64,000 nt of DNA from Octopus bimaculoides (GCF_001194135.2 NC_068994.1:4684280-4748279); one strand, 5' to 3'. Positions 23,125 through 37,491 are shown, counted from the stretch's first letter. A program made the numbers and translations. Notes: generated by a model from the letters alone, not told the origin.

Positions 23125-23820
23125 TTAGGTGTTCCTTGTATGCACACGTTGGTGTTTTTTTAAATCACTACTTTGAGAATATTGTGCAGGACACAATTCA
23201 CATTTGAAAGGTTTTTCACTGCTATGGCTCATTCGATGTCGCTTCAAGAGACTGTATGTAGAGAAAGCAGCCGGACAAACTTCACACTGGAACGGTTTCT
23301 CACCTGTGTGTGTCCGGTGGTGCTGCTTCAGTGAAGAATTCCTAGAGAAAGCAGCTGAACAATAATCGCATTTATAGGGTTTCTCACCGGTGTGGATCAT
23401 GCGATGTTTCTTGAGGTCACAGTTTTGAGTGAACGCTGCTGAACAAAGGTCACACTTGAACGGCTTCAAGCCTGTGTGATTCATGTGGTGACGTTTGAGT
23501 AAACTACGCGTCGAGAATGCAGAGGGGCACTCTTCGCATTTGAATGGTTTCTGCCCTGTATGAGTGAGGCCGTGTTGTTTGAGAGAACTGTTGCGTGAAA
23601 ACGCTGCCCCACACGTGTAGCAGGTGAATGGTTTCTCCCCTGTATGAATCATGTTGTGTTTCTTTAGATCACTGCTCTGTAAGAACGCAGCAGAGCATAC
23701 ATTGCACTGGTATGGTCGCTGACCCTCGTGGATCAACTTGTGCCGTCTTAAGAGACTCAACGTTGATAACGAAGAACCACATATCTGACAGTGACACATC
23801 TTGACCAATACATCAGCCAT
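23125..23820 (-). CDS. C2H2 zinc-finger protein ZNF-B (231 aa; 8 fingers, almost no non-finger sequence)
   Basis: Intact ORF with 8 tandem fingers and TGEKP-type linkers. An in-frame TGA at 23836-38 closes the frame upstream, so an extra coding exon would need a nearby acceptor. Candidate AATAAA (minus strand) at 22677-82. Confidence 0.9.
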   Translation of the reverse strand: MADVLVKMCHCQICGSSLSTLSLLRRHKLIHEGQRPYQCNVCSAAFLQSSDLKKHNMIHTGEKPFTCYTCGAAFSRNSSLKQHGLTHTGQKPFKCEECPSAFSTRSLLKRHHMNHTGLKPFKCDLCSAAFTQNCDLKKHRMIHTGEKPYKCDYCSAAFSRNSSLKQHHRTHTGEKPFQCEVCPAAFSTYSLLKRHRMSHSSEKPFKCELCPAQYSQSSDLKKHQRVHTRNT

Positions 23821-24224
23821 GTTGTATTGAGAAAGTCAGTGAACCACGTCAGAGTGGAGGACACAGGGCCTGAAACGATGTTGTGATTGTCTGAGAGTGG
23901 GGTGGGGTTATGTTCTCTCCTGCTTGAGAAATTTTAAAACAGCTGTAGGAAGATTACCAATTGTAGCCAAGGAATCGGTTCGATCAGTTTCTTGTATATT
24001 TCTCAGAGTTCTTTGTAATTTGTTGTCCTTCAGTTTCGGTGCTTTATGAGGTGGATTTCATTAGGGGCTGGTGTACTTGGTGATTTTCTTCTAGAATCTT
24101 CCAATCTTCCATGTCTATACAATCACCGAGAAAGACATTTTGACACATCTGAAACAGAGAAGAAATTAGATTCGTCAAAAATATGCAAATATTGTACTTA
24201 TTACTATTATTATTATTATTCCAC

Positions 24225-24930
24225 TGAGGTTGACTTTGCTTTTCATCATTTTAGGAGGTCGATAAATTTAATGGCAGTCAAGCACTGGGATCAATGAAAT
24301 CCAGTGGCCACCCCCACTTAAGATTTCAGGCTTTGTGCCTATTGTAGAAAGCGACAGAGACGTTAGCTCCCCAGGCAAAATGCTTAGTGGCATTTTTTCC
24401 GTCTTAACATTCTGAGTTCAAATTCTGTTGAGGTCAACTGTGCCTTTTGGAGTTTATAAAATAAGTACCAGCTGAACATTGGGGTTGATATAATCAGCTT
24501 ATCTCCTCTCCACAAACTGCCAGCTTTGTGTCAAAATTTAAAATCATTATTATTGTTGTTGTTATTGTTAAGGTGGTGAGCTGGCAGAATCGTTAGCATG
24601 CTGGACAAAATGCTTTGTGGTATCTCACCTGTCGCTCCGTTCTGAGTTTAAAATCTGCCAAGGTCGACTTTGCCTTTCATCCTTTCAAGGTCAATAAATT
24701 AAGTACCAGTTGCATACTAGGGTCGATTTAATCAACTGGCCCCCTCCCCTAAAGTTTCAGGCCTTGTGCGTATAGTAGAAAGGATTATTGTTGTTAGCTA
24801 GAAGAATTATTAACATGCTGGACAAAATGTTTAGTGGCAGTTTGTCCAGCTGTATGTTCTGAGTTCAAATTCCACCGAGGTCAACTTATCCTTTCAGGGT
24901 TGATAAAATAAGTACCAGTGGAGCAAGGGG
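24225..24930 (+). repeat. Stack of 4 co-oriented SINE-A copies in the putative ZNF-B intron
   Basis: The core motif recurs at about 24230, 24430, 24660 and 24875. The best-preserved copy is 24569-24785. Confidence 0.75.
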
Positions 24931-26586
24931 TTGAAAAAAACACAAGTAATTGAAAGAAACACAAAGCATCTCAAAATAAATACAGTAACGAAAGGGTTAA
25001 AAACAATGCTAAGGGATTTAAATGGTTGGCTGAAGATGCGGAACATTGAGGTATATTTCCTGAGTCTATAGAAAGCCTATTTGCTTGGCACAGCAAGGAC
25101 TATAAACTAAGGCAGAACATAATATGTTCAGAGTGACAAATAAGCGCGAGTTGATAGTGGCAGGTACCTATGCGAGAATTGGAGTAAGAAAGTAAACTTG
25201 AAAACATAGAGCTAGGATATGTCAGTTTGTCAGAATATTTGACAAAGAAGAAAGTTACACAGAGATGTACTGAAGTGCAGGTCTATCTAACCCACACAAC
25301 AATTCCTTCCCATGACAGAAGGCAAAAGTACACAGCAGACCTAGCCAACCCACACAACAGTTCCTTCCCTTCCTACATCTTTCCTCGATAAAAGATTTCA
25401 GTCAGAGAGATGTGCTGGATAGCAGACCTATCCAACCCACACAATTCCTTCCTTCTCATATCTTTCCTTCAATTATTAACAGATAACTGAAAATAAATAA
25501 CTTCCTTAAAGTTACTCCAGTTTTTGTTGACCAACTCTAGGAGGGAGGGAGAGAACAATGGATATAGCATAGCAATGGTTTCCAACATGACCACAAAACC
25601 AAACATTTTGCAGAAGGGAACACACGATCATACTGACCCCAGTATCTGACTGGTATTCATTTTATCAGATACAGAAAAATGAAAGACAAAGTCTTAATGT
25701 TCTTCAAGAAATTCCATTCCCATCTTAAGATGCTTCATAGGACTACTAACCCCTGCACCTAACTAGTACTTTGTTATATCAACCCTAGAGGAATGAAAAA
25801 CGAAGTCGATCTCAGTGGGATTTGAACTCAGAATGCAATAAAGGCTATTACTAGAGACTGTAAAACATTTTCCTCTGACGCTCTACCGATTCAGTGTTCA
25901 AGTGATTCACCGTGTGACTGCAATAACGAAAGTACACTTAACGTGACAGGTCACCGATTTCATTTAATGACAGTGAGTGCAACACAGCGACAAGTGTGCT
26001 GGAAGCAATTTTCAGAGCTTGTACTTCGGAAGGTTCGAATTGTGCGTAGGTCAGGATAACCTTTCAGTTTTCCAGCAGTCGATAACAATGTCAACAGGGG
26101 CAATGAGATCGATAAGTGGGGGCTATGCAACAATTTGTTGATGGAATGTCAAAGTAGGTGGGTGCTTTAACGTAGCAATCTGTTGGCTTAGGGATTTGTG
26201 CTCGAATCCGATCGGACTGTTTGAAAAAGCTTCTAGCACCACGGGACAGATGTATATCATAGGTATTATAGAAATATTAAAAAACGAGTGTCAGAAATTC
26301 AAAGAAAATCTAAATTAATTGCAGTCGAATAGAATAACTGCTATACAAGCGTTGTGTAAAGTATACATACAAACGTTTGTGTAAATTATATATACACACA
26401 CACATTTAGTCCCAGGTTAACTCACACTGGGCAGACCTATCATGAAAAGCCGTCCAACCTTGACCAACACGTCTTTTTACGAGTATTTAAGACTACCGTA
26501 TCTGGAAAATATCTGCTACTTCTAGACGGTCGAGCAATCACAGAGAGGCTCCCTCGTGGGCCCGAGATGTGTTCGAGTAAAACATT

Positions 26587-26646
<60 letters not shown>

Positions 26647-27832
26647 AATACCTATGCATGTGCGTATACATGGATTTGAATATATGCTTCACTCGAGTCA
26701 GGAATATATAGACATACGAGTGTGTGTGTATGTGTGATTAAAAGCTATGACTGCGATTCGGGTTCGAGTCATGGGAGCACTGTATAATATAAAATAGGAA
26801 TTATTTCAATAAAATGTTCCTTCACTGCTAGAAATAACCGTGCAGTCTCCTCACATTCAACCATCTTAAGAAAAAAACACACAAAAAAAAGATATGCCAC
26901 ACTAGATAATGAATCTAGTCCCTAATATACAAAACACAAAAGACAGAATGGTTCTGGATGGCTTCCTTTTGATGTTAAGTCTCCTCAAACAGGACTGAAC
27001 TGGAGCTTAACAACCCAAATAGAAGGCTAAAAACTACACTATAACATATATTTTACCTTAATCCTTATACTATAATTACATACATTAATCTACATCCTTC
27101 TTCAAAAATTTAGAATCCTAAGTATAAAAAAAACACACAAGAAAACATCATCAAATAACAAAATTAATGGGTTTTTTATCGATTCATTATTTTTCTTAAG
27201 ACATTCTGAATAAAAAACGTGGATTTATTTTCCTCATAAGATGTGCAAGACTTAATGCTATTCTAGAAATTGTGTTGTCATTGTGCATAAACCATGAACT
27301 GTCAGTAAATAAACTACTTTAGTTATCATTCGTTTAATTAATTAATTGCCTGATTATAATCAGTTATATTTAAATGGAATATGTTATTTTATTACTACCT
27401 ACCTTCCCTAACTAATAATTTCTGTTAACCCCAAATTCAGGGCCCATGTTTCAATGTCACAACAAATTATAGTTAAGGTTACATTTGAATAATTAAATAA
27501 TTAACAAACACCATCGCCTTTATTTGCCACAAGGACGACAAATGATGACAAACAACGACTGTCAGCCTTGATCCAGCAGACACCACCTATGACTAAAGGC
27601 GTTCCAACCGTGACCATTTATTTTGTCCTTTTTTTTATATTAGGGACTACATTGTCTAATGCGTCCTTCCTTTATTTAAGGAAGGATGTGATTTGAGGAA
27701 GATCTGGCTGCTATTTTTAGCATTATAGTTGGTCGAGCGGCTGCGTAATGGTTCCATCGCTAGAAATAGCAGCCAAATTTTCTCAAATGATACCCTACTA
27801 TCTTGAAAAAAGGACACGTTACATAAGGTATG

Positions 27833-27866
<34 letters not shown>

Positions 27867-28126
27867 CTCAGGATAGTTAGTCACGGCTGAAACGTCTGTG
27901 ACCAAGAGTCTTCAAAGACTAGGTTTGACCTGCGGTTCAACAACAGGCAAATGTTATTTTACTTGTTGTTTAACCCCAGGCTGAGTTTGATTATAACAGA
28001 CTTCTTATAAATAGACACTCCAGTCGTGACCATAACCAACAAGAACAAATGTGAGCACAACATTTTAGACAAATAAAATGGAGTGTGTGAGGAAATAAAA
28101 ATAGCTGTAAATAATATATTCCTTAC

Positions 28127-28340
28127 CTGTGAGGGATCAATTTTCTTCAGCAATTATTTCCAGGAGATGACGAGGAGGAGGCTTAAGAGAAGAGGAACGG
28201 AGACGTGGAGGAAGGATTTGGTAGTGTAAGGCTACACAAGTATAGAGAAAAACTCTGAGTACGGTCGAAGTGAATCATCAGATTCTTCCAATTAAACACT
28301 GTGTATTGAGTACTCCTTTCTCTCTACTCGTTCCTTTCTC
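28127..28340 (-). other. Putative non-coding first exon of ZNF-B (5' boundary uncertain)
   Basis: Strong donor CAG|GTAAGG (intron starts at 28126) and a matching acceptor TTCTTCTCTGTTTCAG (AG at 24149-50) upstream of the CDS. Confidence 0.45.
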
Positions 28341-28614
28341 CCGTTCGTAAACTACAAACGTATATATATATATATATATGTGTATTAATAAAGTCAGATG
28401 TGTTTGTTTTTCGAACGGGAACCTATTAAATGGGGAGACTTAACACCGCCTGACGGGGAGACAACTCATGACCATGACCGACATACAGACAGACATCTAC
28501 ATAGAATATATATAGCTATGTAATGTGATATATACATATATATATATATGTCTAATTATGCACGATTTTATACTCATATTCATTGTTTATTAAATATTAA
28601 TGCATACTCTTTAT

Positions 28615-28654
<40 letters not shown>

Positions 28655-29964
28655 ATATATGACAATTATAAGAAAAGTAGATAGATAGAGAGAGAGAGAG
28701 ATACAAAGATAGATAGAGTGAGAGATTCAGTTTGTTTCCCTTCTCCTTTTATCTATCCTAGTCTTCTCTATCACTGTCATATTTTAAACCACTTTCTCTG
28801 AATTCTTTGTTTCTTTAGCACCCCCCCCCACTCTCCCTCTCTTCTCTTCCAATTCTCTAATCCTTCTTTTTGCTTATTCAGTCATTCCCTCCTACTCACT
28901 CTATCCCTTCTCTTCCTCCTACTCTCTCTCTCTCTCTCTCTCTCTCTGTATATCTGATATCCAACTTGATGTCGTTATCCAACCGTCCATTTATTGATTT
29001 TAATTTTCGATTTTCAAACGATTTGCTTAAAATTATTGATTTCTTTTATTAACAGGGAATGAGGCCTAAGGAGAGGAAATAAGATTGGTGAAGTGCACGC
29101 TTTTCTCAAGGCTATCAGCAATTAGCTTAATATGATTAAACGAATTTTACTCTGGAAGTAAAATAATAAATTTTGACATATAGGGCCTAGGATCATACGT
29201 TGTGGCGGAACTGGGGAAAAGATGTAGTCTTTATTTAGATTACACATAAGCTAAATGGACCCCATTACTAGAATCGTGTTTTTTATAGTGACAACAGTGT
29301 GATTCGAACTCAAAATGTAAGGGGACCTAACTGCAAAACATTTTATCCGCCGTACTACCAATTTGAATACTGCCATCCTTATAATGATTGGTTTTAATAT
29401 AGGCATAAGACCAACAATTTTAAGATGGAGTTAGTCAATCCTATCGACTCTACTGTTACTTTATCACCCCCNNNNNNNNNNNNNNNNNNNNNNNNNNNNN
29501 NNNNNNNNNNNNNNNNNNNNNNNNNNNNNNNNNNNNNNNNNNNNNNNNNNNNNNNNNNNNNNNNNNNNNNNNNNNNNNNNNNNNNNNNNNNNNNNNNNNN
29601 NNNNNNNNNNNNNNNNNNNNNNNNNNNNNNNNCCCTATCGGCCTGACCTCGAATAATTCTTTCCACTATAAGTATAGAGGCGGAGAGAGGGGTAGTCGAT
29701 TATAACGACCCAGTACACAACTGGTATTTTATTTATTCACCTCAAAAAATAAAGACAAGCTGACCTTAGCGATATTTGAACTTTGAACACAGAGCCGGAC
29801 GAAATACCGCTAAGCATTTTGTCCGATGTTCTAACTATTCTGCCAAACCCATCTCCTTCGTTAGTATAATCAGACAGGGGACCACATTTTCCAGTGGGTT
29901 CGGCAAAAGAAGACCGATAAAATAAGTACTAGGCTTACAAAGAATACGTTGTTTTTTTTTTTTT

Positions 29965-30445
29965 TGAAACTTTTCTGCACTAATGCTTCAGGGGAATTGA
30001 AAATAAGGCCATTCCTAGTGTACTATTCAGAAAAACCCAGAGCCTTGAAAAACATTAACCAGAGTTCAGGGAGCTTCCAGCTGAAGGCCTGGGTTATGAG
30101 GAACCTGTTTACTGTATGGTTTACTGATGTGTCCCCTTTGAGATAGTCACATACAATACCAAGGGGACAGTCTTTCAATGAAGGGTTATTTTTGTTAATG
30201 TTGATGCTCCTTTACACCCTCTCAAATTCATGGACCAAACGCCACAGGAGTTTGATTTTATCAAAGTTCAATTTCCTACCTCACAACACAACTCCTCTGT
30301 TACAAACTCCATGGATCAGTAAGTGACTGCAGGCTTTAAAGAATTCTACACAAGGCACCGGTTTTGAAGCAAGTTTGTCTACTGATGTGAAATGGAAAGA
30401 GTTTGGGAAAAATCGCTTCACCATTGTGAATGCTGTGTTTAAAAA
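29965..30445 (+). mobile_element. Degraded pogo/Tigger-type transposase fragment (DDE_1 domain)
   Basis: CTNASGELKIRPFLVYYSEKPRALKN...KAWVMRNLFTVWF, then frameshifted DAPxHP, HNTTPLLQ/MDQ and FKEFYT motifs typical of Tigger transposases. Confidence 0.75.
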
Positions 30446-33400
30446 TTAAATCATATAAAGAGACTGAACCCGGATCCATGTGGTTGGGAAGCAACCTTCT
30501 TACCACACAGCCATGCCTGCACTTACATATATATTTTCCATCAAAAACAACTTTTACTTGGATGGAGCTGTGCTGAGGCTCCCCTCTGTTTCAACTCTTG
30601 TACACAGCGCATATCTACTCACCCCCAAACCTAAAGTTCTGCAGCCAAAACGAAAAGAAGAGTTTCAACTTGTGATGGTTAGATTGGTGTTTGATGTGCA
30701 ACCATTCCTGAAAGAGAGTCTGTGAGTTCCTTTAATGTCAGTTAGAGGGCCCTACACATTGTTACCCCACTACAGAATACATCATTAGCATGTCAAGTGT
30801 TAACCTTGTTATGAGTTTACATTTATTTTATGAATATCACAGCTGTTTTTCTTTATGGTTGTATGCTCTTCCTGTCACCAACCATTGTACAGCATGGACT
30901 GGAAATACTGACAGTGTTTATTCAGTGTTATAACTCCCCTTGACAGGTTGTCATTGCTGCATCATGTTGAGTGAAGACTCCTCTGTCGGTAGGACTCAAA
31001 CGTTTTTTGCATGATGTTAGGTTGATCAAAAATTTGAAAGATTTAATCAGTTATATCACCCTCCATAATTAATCTAATACTTGTTTTATTGACATCTATT
31101 TAGGAAATAGCTAAGTTAACCAAAATTGTTTCTGTAGTGAGCAACAATGCATTTCACCAATATACACAAAACTACATATGCAAACTTTTGTACAGTCTTT
31201 GGTAAATCCACAGCCAGAAGAAAATATTTGTTTGTACGAAGATGAATAATAATGGTTTGTTAGTAATTACTAAAGTCTTTTTCAATTTTGTTGTTTGGAT
31301 TTGTCTGTAAACCTGCTGAGGTAGATAAGGTGTCTGTTAATAAATTTGTCAACCTCATCCATTCACTTACCCAATTGTTCGTATTTCTCTCTCTCTTATG
31401 CTAAGCATTGATTTTTTTCCCCCATTTACTGCATTTACAACTGACACACTGCCAATTTCCTCTCTATTTCTGTTGTTAGGGTCCATGTCTCTTACCCATA
31501 AACGACTGCTGTTGTTATGCATTGGTCTAGGCTACTTGTTGTGAGGCAGACTGCAAGGTTTGATTTCACAATGCTGCTGAGATTGTTGAAAGAGATCCGA
31601 CCATGTATGAATCTCCTCTTTATTTCATTTTCTTAATCTTTTTCATTCATTCTTATTCTCTGTCCTAGCTGCTTGTTCTGTTTGATTCTCTTCCAATAAT
31701 TGGTGTAGATTTTATATTTATTAAGAATTAGTTGATGAGACATTCAGTCACTCTTCAGATTTTCACACCACATAACAATGCTGCAATGAAGAAATTACGT
31801 TGGTAAGAAACACATTGTGTCATTAATTACTGGTTTAGAGGGGGTAGGCTGTTCTGTATCTGAGTGAATTCTGTTGGTATTGCTAGATGACACCACATCT
31901 ATGCAGAGGAGAGAACTGGTTTCATCTGTGAGTGTCAGAGGAGAATACCCAGCTTCAGTATGGAGGTTCTGATTTTGAGAAATTTCAGTGGTTTTGCAAA
32001 TTTTGCACATTTAGTCCAGATGAATATTCTCCAATAGAAATGGACTCCAATAATAGCAGAGAGTTAGTATCTCAGATCTTCTGTTCAGTGATCTTGGTGG
32101 CTGTTTCAAGATCTGGAACTTTCCAGTTAAGTCTATTCTGTGATTTCCAGCTTCATTCATGCATTGGGTCGCTCCAATTAAAATATTCCAAGTTATGGGA
32201 GCATGTTTGGTCTCACAGTCCTTTGGTTTCCAAATGAATTGTGACAGAAGGATGGAATCTCCTTTCTTTTGGTATCTCAACCTGAATAAGTGCATATGAT
32301 TGTTATATTAACTCTTAAATGTATTTGCAGTAAGTCTCATAAATTCCTCATGATACAATTTGCATATATTATGTTACTTCTTTTACCACCTAAGAGAAAC
32401 ATGATCTTCTAAAGTTAGTAGTTTATTTCTGATTCTACAACTTGGATGTTGGAGTGTGGTGTGTGTATATGCATGTGTGTGTGTCTAAGATTATAGTGTG
32501 AGATCTAAAAAGCATTGCTATCCAGGTAACAATAGCCTACTTTACCTTTATTAATATTGAAAACTTTATAGTGTTTATGTGTTTAGAAAATAGGACCTTG
32601 TTATGGATAAAGAGTATCTAACATTATCCTGATGGTGAATAGCGAATTGAACCAAACTATTATCCTCTTTTTGATTATGCTGCTGTATGGCGCAAAGATT
32701 GCTTGCATACTTGTTAGTTGATAAGGTCACCGCATGTTAGCACATCATGTTAAAACCGTCAAGGCGATAGAGTGGAAATTCTAATTACAAAATCTACAAA
32801 GTTAACTATGGCTGAGAGTATTTTTATTTCAATATGCAAATATAACCCTTTCATTTGAGTTGTTGATGGGTTCATATCTAGTGTAATATATTTTCATAAG
32901 TGACTATGACTCTCCTTAGGTTGGTGCTAATAATGATGCTAGAACTGATAATTCCTATCCATTTTTTTTCTTGATCTATCCATAATGTGTGACTGTTCTA
33001 ACAGATGATTCCTCGACTATTATCTCTGTGTGTGCACATTATATATATGTATATATGTATGTATATCTATGACTCGCATGTTATATAACTCTCAAGTTAT
33101 ATAACACAAATATAAAAACATATGTATGTGTGAGTGTGTGTCGACCATGTATATATGATAAATATAATAACACAAATACATAATGCACCAAAAAAATAAA
33201 GTAAATATAAAAAATATATCAATGGAAACTGAAAGTAATGTTTATGAAAAAAAATCAAACTCCATCCTGCCTGACAGAACTGGAATTTATCAAACAAAAA
33301 ATACAACAAAGGACAAACCAATGAATTATATATAAAAAAAAAAAAACCATGGATTATCTACAATAATGTTGGTATATTTGTTATTTTTATTTTTTGTTGT

Positions 33401-33519
33401 TGGTGGGTGGGTGAGTGGGGGGTAGTGATGTTCATGTGGGATTATAGAGATGGGGGGGGGCTGATGTTTGTTGCCGATTAGATCGAATACAAAGATGAAA
33501 AGCATGAAGCAGAACATAA

Positions 33520-34310
33520 AAAGAAGCTATATATATGTATATATATATATATATGCATGTATGTATATATACATGCATATATATATATACATATATATAC
33601 ATACATACACATATATATATATATATTACATATATATGTATATGTATACATATATTTATATATATATATATATACATATCTATATACACACAGATATGTA
33701 TGTATATACATACATATATATATATATATATGTATATATAAATACATACATAGATATAAAAATATATATGTGCATATATGCCCGTATATACATGTGTATG
33801 TATATAACCAAATGTTTTAGAGAAAAAAAAAAATTAATAAAAATAACAAGACAAAAATATGTATGTAAAAAAAAATATTAAAAAAAACAAACAACTTGTT
33901 TCAAAAATTTTCTTTTTAAAGACAACAGCAACAACAACAACAACAACAAGGAAACTATGAAAAGGGAAGAAATAGTTTTGTTTGATATTTTTTTTACAAA
34001 CATATTTTTGTCTNNNNNNNNNNNNNNNNNNNNNNNNNNNNNNNNNNNNNNNNNNNNNNNNNNNNNNNNNNNNNNNNNNNNNNNNNNNNNNNNNNNNNNN
34101 NNNNNNNNNNNNNNNNNNNNNNNNNNNNNNNNNNNNNNNNNNNNNNNNNNNNNNNNNNNNNNNNNNNNNNNNNNNNNNNNNNNNNNNNNNNNNNNNNNNN
34201 NNNNNNNNNNNNNNNNNNNNNNNNNNNNNNNNNNNNNNNNNNNNNNNNNNNNNNNNNNNNNNNNNNNNNNNNNNNNNNNNNNNNNNNNNNNNNNNNNNNN
34301 NNNNNNNNNN

Positions 34311-34350
<40 letters not shown>

Positions 34351-34552
34351 CATATACATACATATGTATTTTATGTGTATATAGATAGATATATATATTC
34401 ATACACAGATACATATGCACATACACACATATGTAAACATATGAAATGAATATATATATATACATATATATATATGTATATTAATATAAATACATACATA
34501 TATATGTTTATATAGATGTGTATATATATATATATATGCATAAATATATATA

Positions 34553-34601
<49 letters not shown>

Positions 34602-34620
34602 GTATGTATGTATGCATTTT
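33520..34620. repeat. (TA)n/(TACA)n low-complexity region with N-gap; similar tracts near 40250-40600, 61790-62120 and 63550-63890
   Basis: Directly visible. These tracts produce the spurious Y/I-rich ORFs in the track. Confidence 0.9.
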
Positions 34621-35074
34621 TATTTGTGTGTGTATCTCACTCATCCTCGAATGTTGAGTAGAATCAAGGATTACAGTTTAGCAACAACAGTGGTAGTGGA
34701 GTTATCGGTGGTGGTGGTCATCATCATGGCTGCAGTGCCAAAAGCGGGGTGGGGGGTGCTGCTGTTGTTAGTGATCGTATGAGTGATGACAGTTGTATTA
34801 ACAACAATCAATGATGGTGACTGATGACTGATGGCTGAATGTAGGGACTGACTCTCTCCATCTCCGGGGATGAACAACATTCTTATCATAAGCCACCAGA
34901 AGGTAGTCGACTCAATTTAGGATCATTCTATGACGAATGAAAATCAGATTGGGAAACGGAAGGTGGGAAAGAGGGCGCTGGACTCCCTTCGCCCCAGGAC
35001 GCATAAGGCTGGAGTTTAACCTGGTTTCTATGATGTATAAGTGATTGAAATTACTTATAGCAAAATGGTAAATT

Positions 35075-35320
35075 GGGGATCCACAGTAGAATTTTAAGGA
35101 TCCATGAAGAATTTTGCTTTGGGTGTATATACTGCAAGAAACCGCTTGGTTTGTTTCTCTTATATTTTATATAGTTCAACCGGCAGAAATTAAAATAGGA
35201 ATTTTGAAAGAAGTTTCTATAAAACTAGGTTTTAAGCATCAAATGGATATGGGAGAGGGGGTACCAGAGTAAAATAATAATGAAAGGGGCCCATAGGTTA
35301 AAAAGGGTTGAGAATTACTG
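35075..35320 (+). mobile_element. hAT-Charlie-like MITE, copy 2 (left end missing)
   Basis: Colinear with 16830-17075. Ends TTGAGAATTACTG. Confidence 0.65.
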
Positions 35321-36085
35321 CTTTAGGTGACTATCAAAACAGAAGGTATTTATTAGTAGCCTTGGTGGCTACTAATGATATTACTACAACTTCAAATAAT
35401 GACAGGAGTGGCCACAGTTTTCATGTTACTCTCTTGCTCTGGTCAAGATGACCTTTTCCCATCTTCTGGTCATTCATCGCAGACGTTCTCAGCACACGCA
35501 AAAATAAAACAAAATGTTACCTAGCACCATCTGTGTGATGATGATAGCCAATAGTCTAAACTTCTAAGTTGTAGATGTCCAGACCAACTATCAACTGGTC
35601 ACACGTACAACAGAAGATATAGACAGCTTCTTATGTTGTAGGAGGGCTTATAAGGGATAATACAAAGCTCCTAGGTGGGGCTGGAGGTAGGTTCTGGATT
35701 GAAATGGACCAGTGAGAAATTTCCTGCCCGATAAGACACCAATTCATTGTACATAGTATTGGTTTCAAATTTTGGCACAAGGCCAGCAATTTTGGGGGAA
35801 GGGGCCAAGACGATTACAATGACCCCCAATGGTCAACTGATACTTATTTTATCAACTCTGAAAGGATGAAAGGCAAAGTCAACCCCAGTGGAATTTGAAC
35901 TCAGAATGTAGTGACGGGCAAAATGGCGCTAGGCATTTTGCCTGGCGTGCTAACGATTCTGCCAGCTCACAGCCTCACGCCATAAATAATAGAAACATGG
36001 TAACTGGAATCTGTCTCTGGCAGGCCCATGGAAACAACTTGGTTGCAACTGTACCACTACCACTGCTGCTACTACACATTATACA

Positions 36086-36147
<62 letters not shown>

Positions 36148-36824
36148 TATGTATAGCATCCAAATATATGCACATTGATATATATATATATTTATACATA
36201 CATATATACATACACATACACACATACTTGTGTCAACATTACGTTACACACATTTAAACAGCACAAGCTCATGCATACTGGTATTGTGTATATATATACA
36301 CATATATGTATGCATGCATGTATGTGTGTATGTATATATATTAGTCTCTCTGTTGGAAAACACACTCAAGATATGGAACATGACAGAAAAAATCCTAAAG
36401 AAAAGAAAAAAAAGAAACAACAAAAATAAAACAAGAAACAACAAAACTTTTGACATTAAATGACACCGAGGTGGGGGAAGGGGGTAAATATTAGAAGTTG
36501 GCATGGCTGCCTGGTTTAGGGGTCAGCCATCAAAGGAAGTTCATATTAGAAGACAGGCTCTCTCTTAAGGGGCCACATAAAAAAACCCCTTTCAGGAGAT
36601 ATTAGCATCATATTAGCATCTTATTAGCAGATGTTATTAGGTTAGTCCTTGGTGAGGTGTGTGATGCGAGGGGTAGGGGTATGGTGGGGGATTGGGGACA
36701 GNNNNNNNNNNNNNNNNNNNNNNNNNNNNNNNNNNNNNNNNNNNNNNNTGGGGGCGGGCTGAAGTGTGAGAGGAGGTCATCATATGTATTTGATATTTTC
36801 CAATAATAATAATAATAATAATAA

Positions 36825-37059
36825 TGGGCTCAAATTTTGACACAAGGCCAGTAATTTCGAGGTGGTGGGGGAGTTAAGTTGATTACATCGACCCCGGTGT
36901 TCAACTGGTACTTATTTTATTCACTCCCAAAAAGATGAAAGGCAAAGTTGACCTTGGCGGAACTTGAACTCACAATGCACACATGGATGAAAATGCTGCT
37001 AAGCACTTTGTCCAGTGGGCTACCAGTTCTGCCAGCTTGCGAATAAATAAATAGATAAA

Positions 37060-37091
<32 letters not shown>

Positions 37092-37183
37092 AATAATAAT
37101 AATAATAACTGATTCTGATTTAGGCACAAGGCTAGCAATTTTTTTGAGGAGAGAGGATTAGTTGATACTATGAAACCCAGTAC

Positions 37184-37225
<42 letters not shown>

Positions 37226-37491
37226 TAATAACAACAATAACAAGAACAATTTGTGTGGTACAAAGTAATATGGAAGAGGTAGGGGATGGGGAGGTATGGG
37301 ATGGGGGAGGTGGTGGATAGGAGGGAAGAGGAAGGTGTATAGTTAGCTGACTTGAACCCAGAGGAACAAAAGGCAAAGTCGACCCCAACAACATTTGAAC
37401 CTGGAAGTGGTGATCACCAGACTAGGCACTTCCTCTCAGTGTCTTTCTTTCCCCAAGTGCCAACTCCACTAAGTTTCTTACATGATGATGG

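Noticed and set aside
23821-24148. N-terminal extension of ZNF-B up to the 24149 acceptor
   Set aside because: In-frame TGA at 23836-38 and stops in all three frames.
25277-25452. CRISPR-like repeat-spacer appearance
   Set aside because: Eukaryotic context, only 3 imperfect repeats, unequal spacers, no cas genes.
31795-32295. Unique, exon-like sequence with 71-101 aa ORFs
   Set aside because: No recognisable domain and stops in the frames following the candidate acceptor; may be UTR or lncRNA but cannot be supported.
33432-34644. Y/I-rich ORFs (also near 39139-40659 and 63361-63830)
   Set aside because: They derive from (TA)n/(CA)n repeats and gaps.
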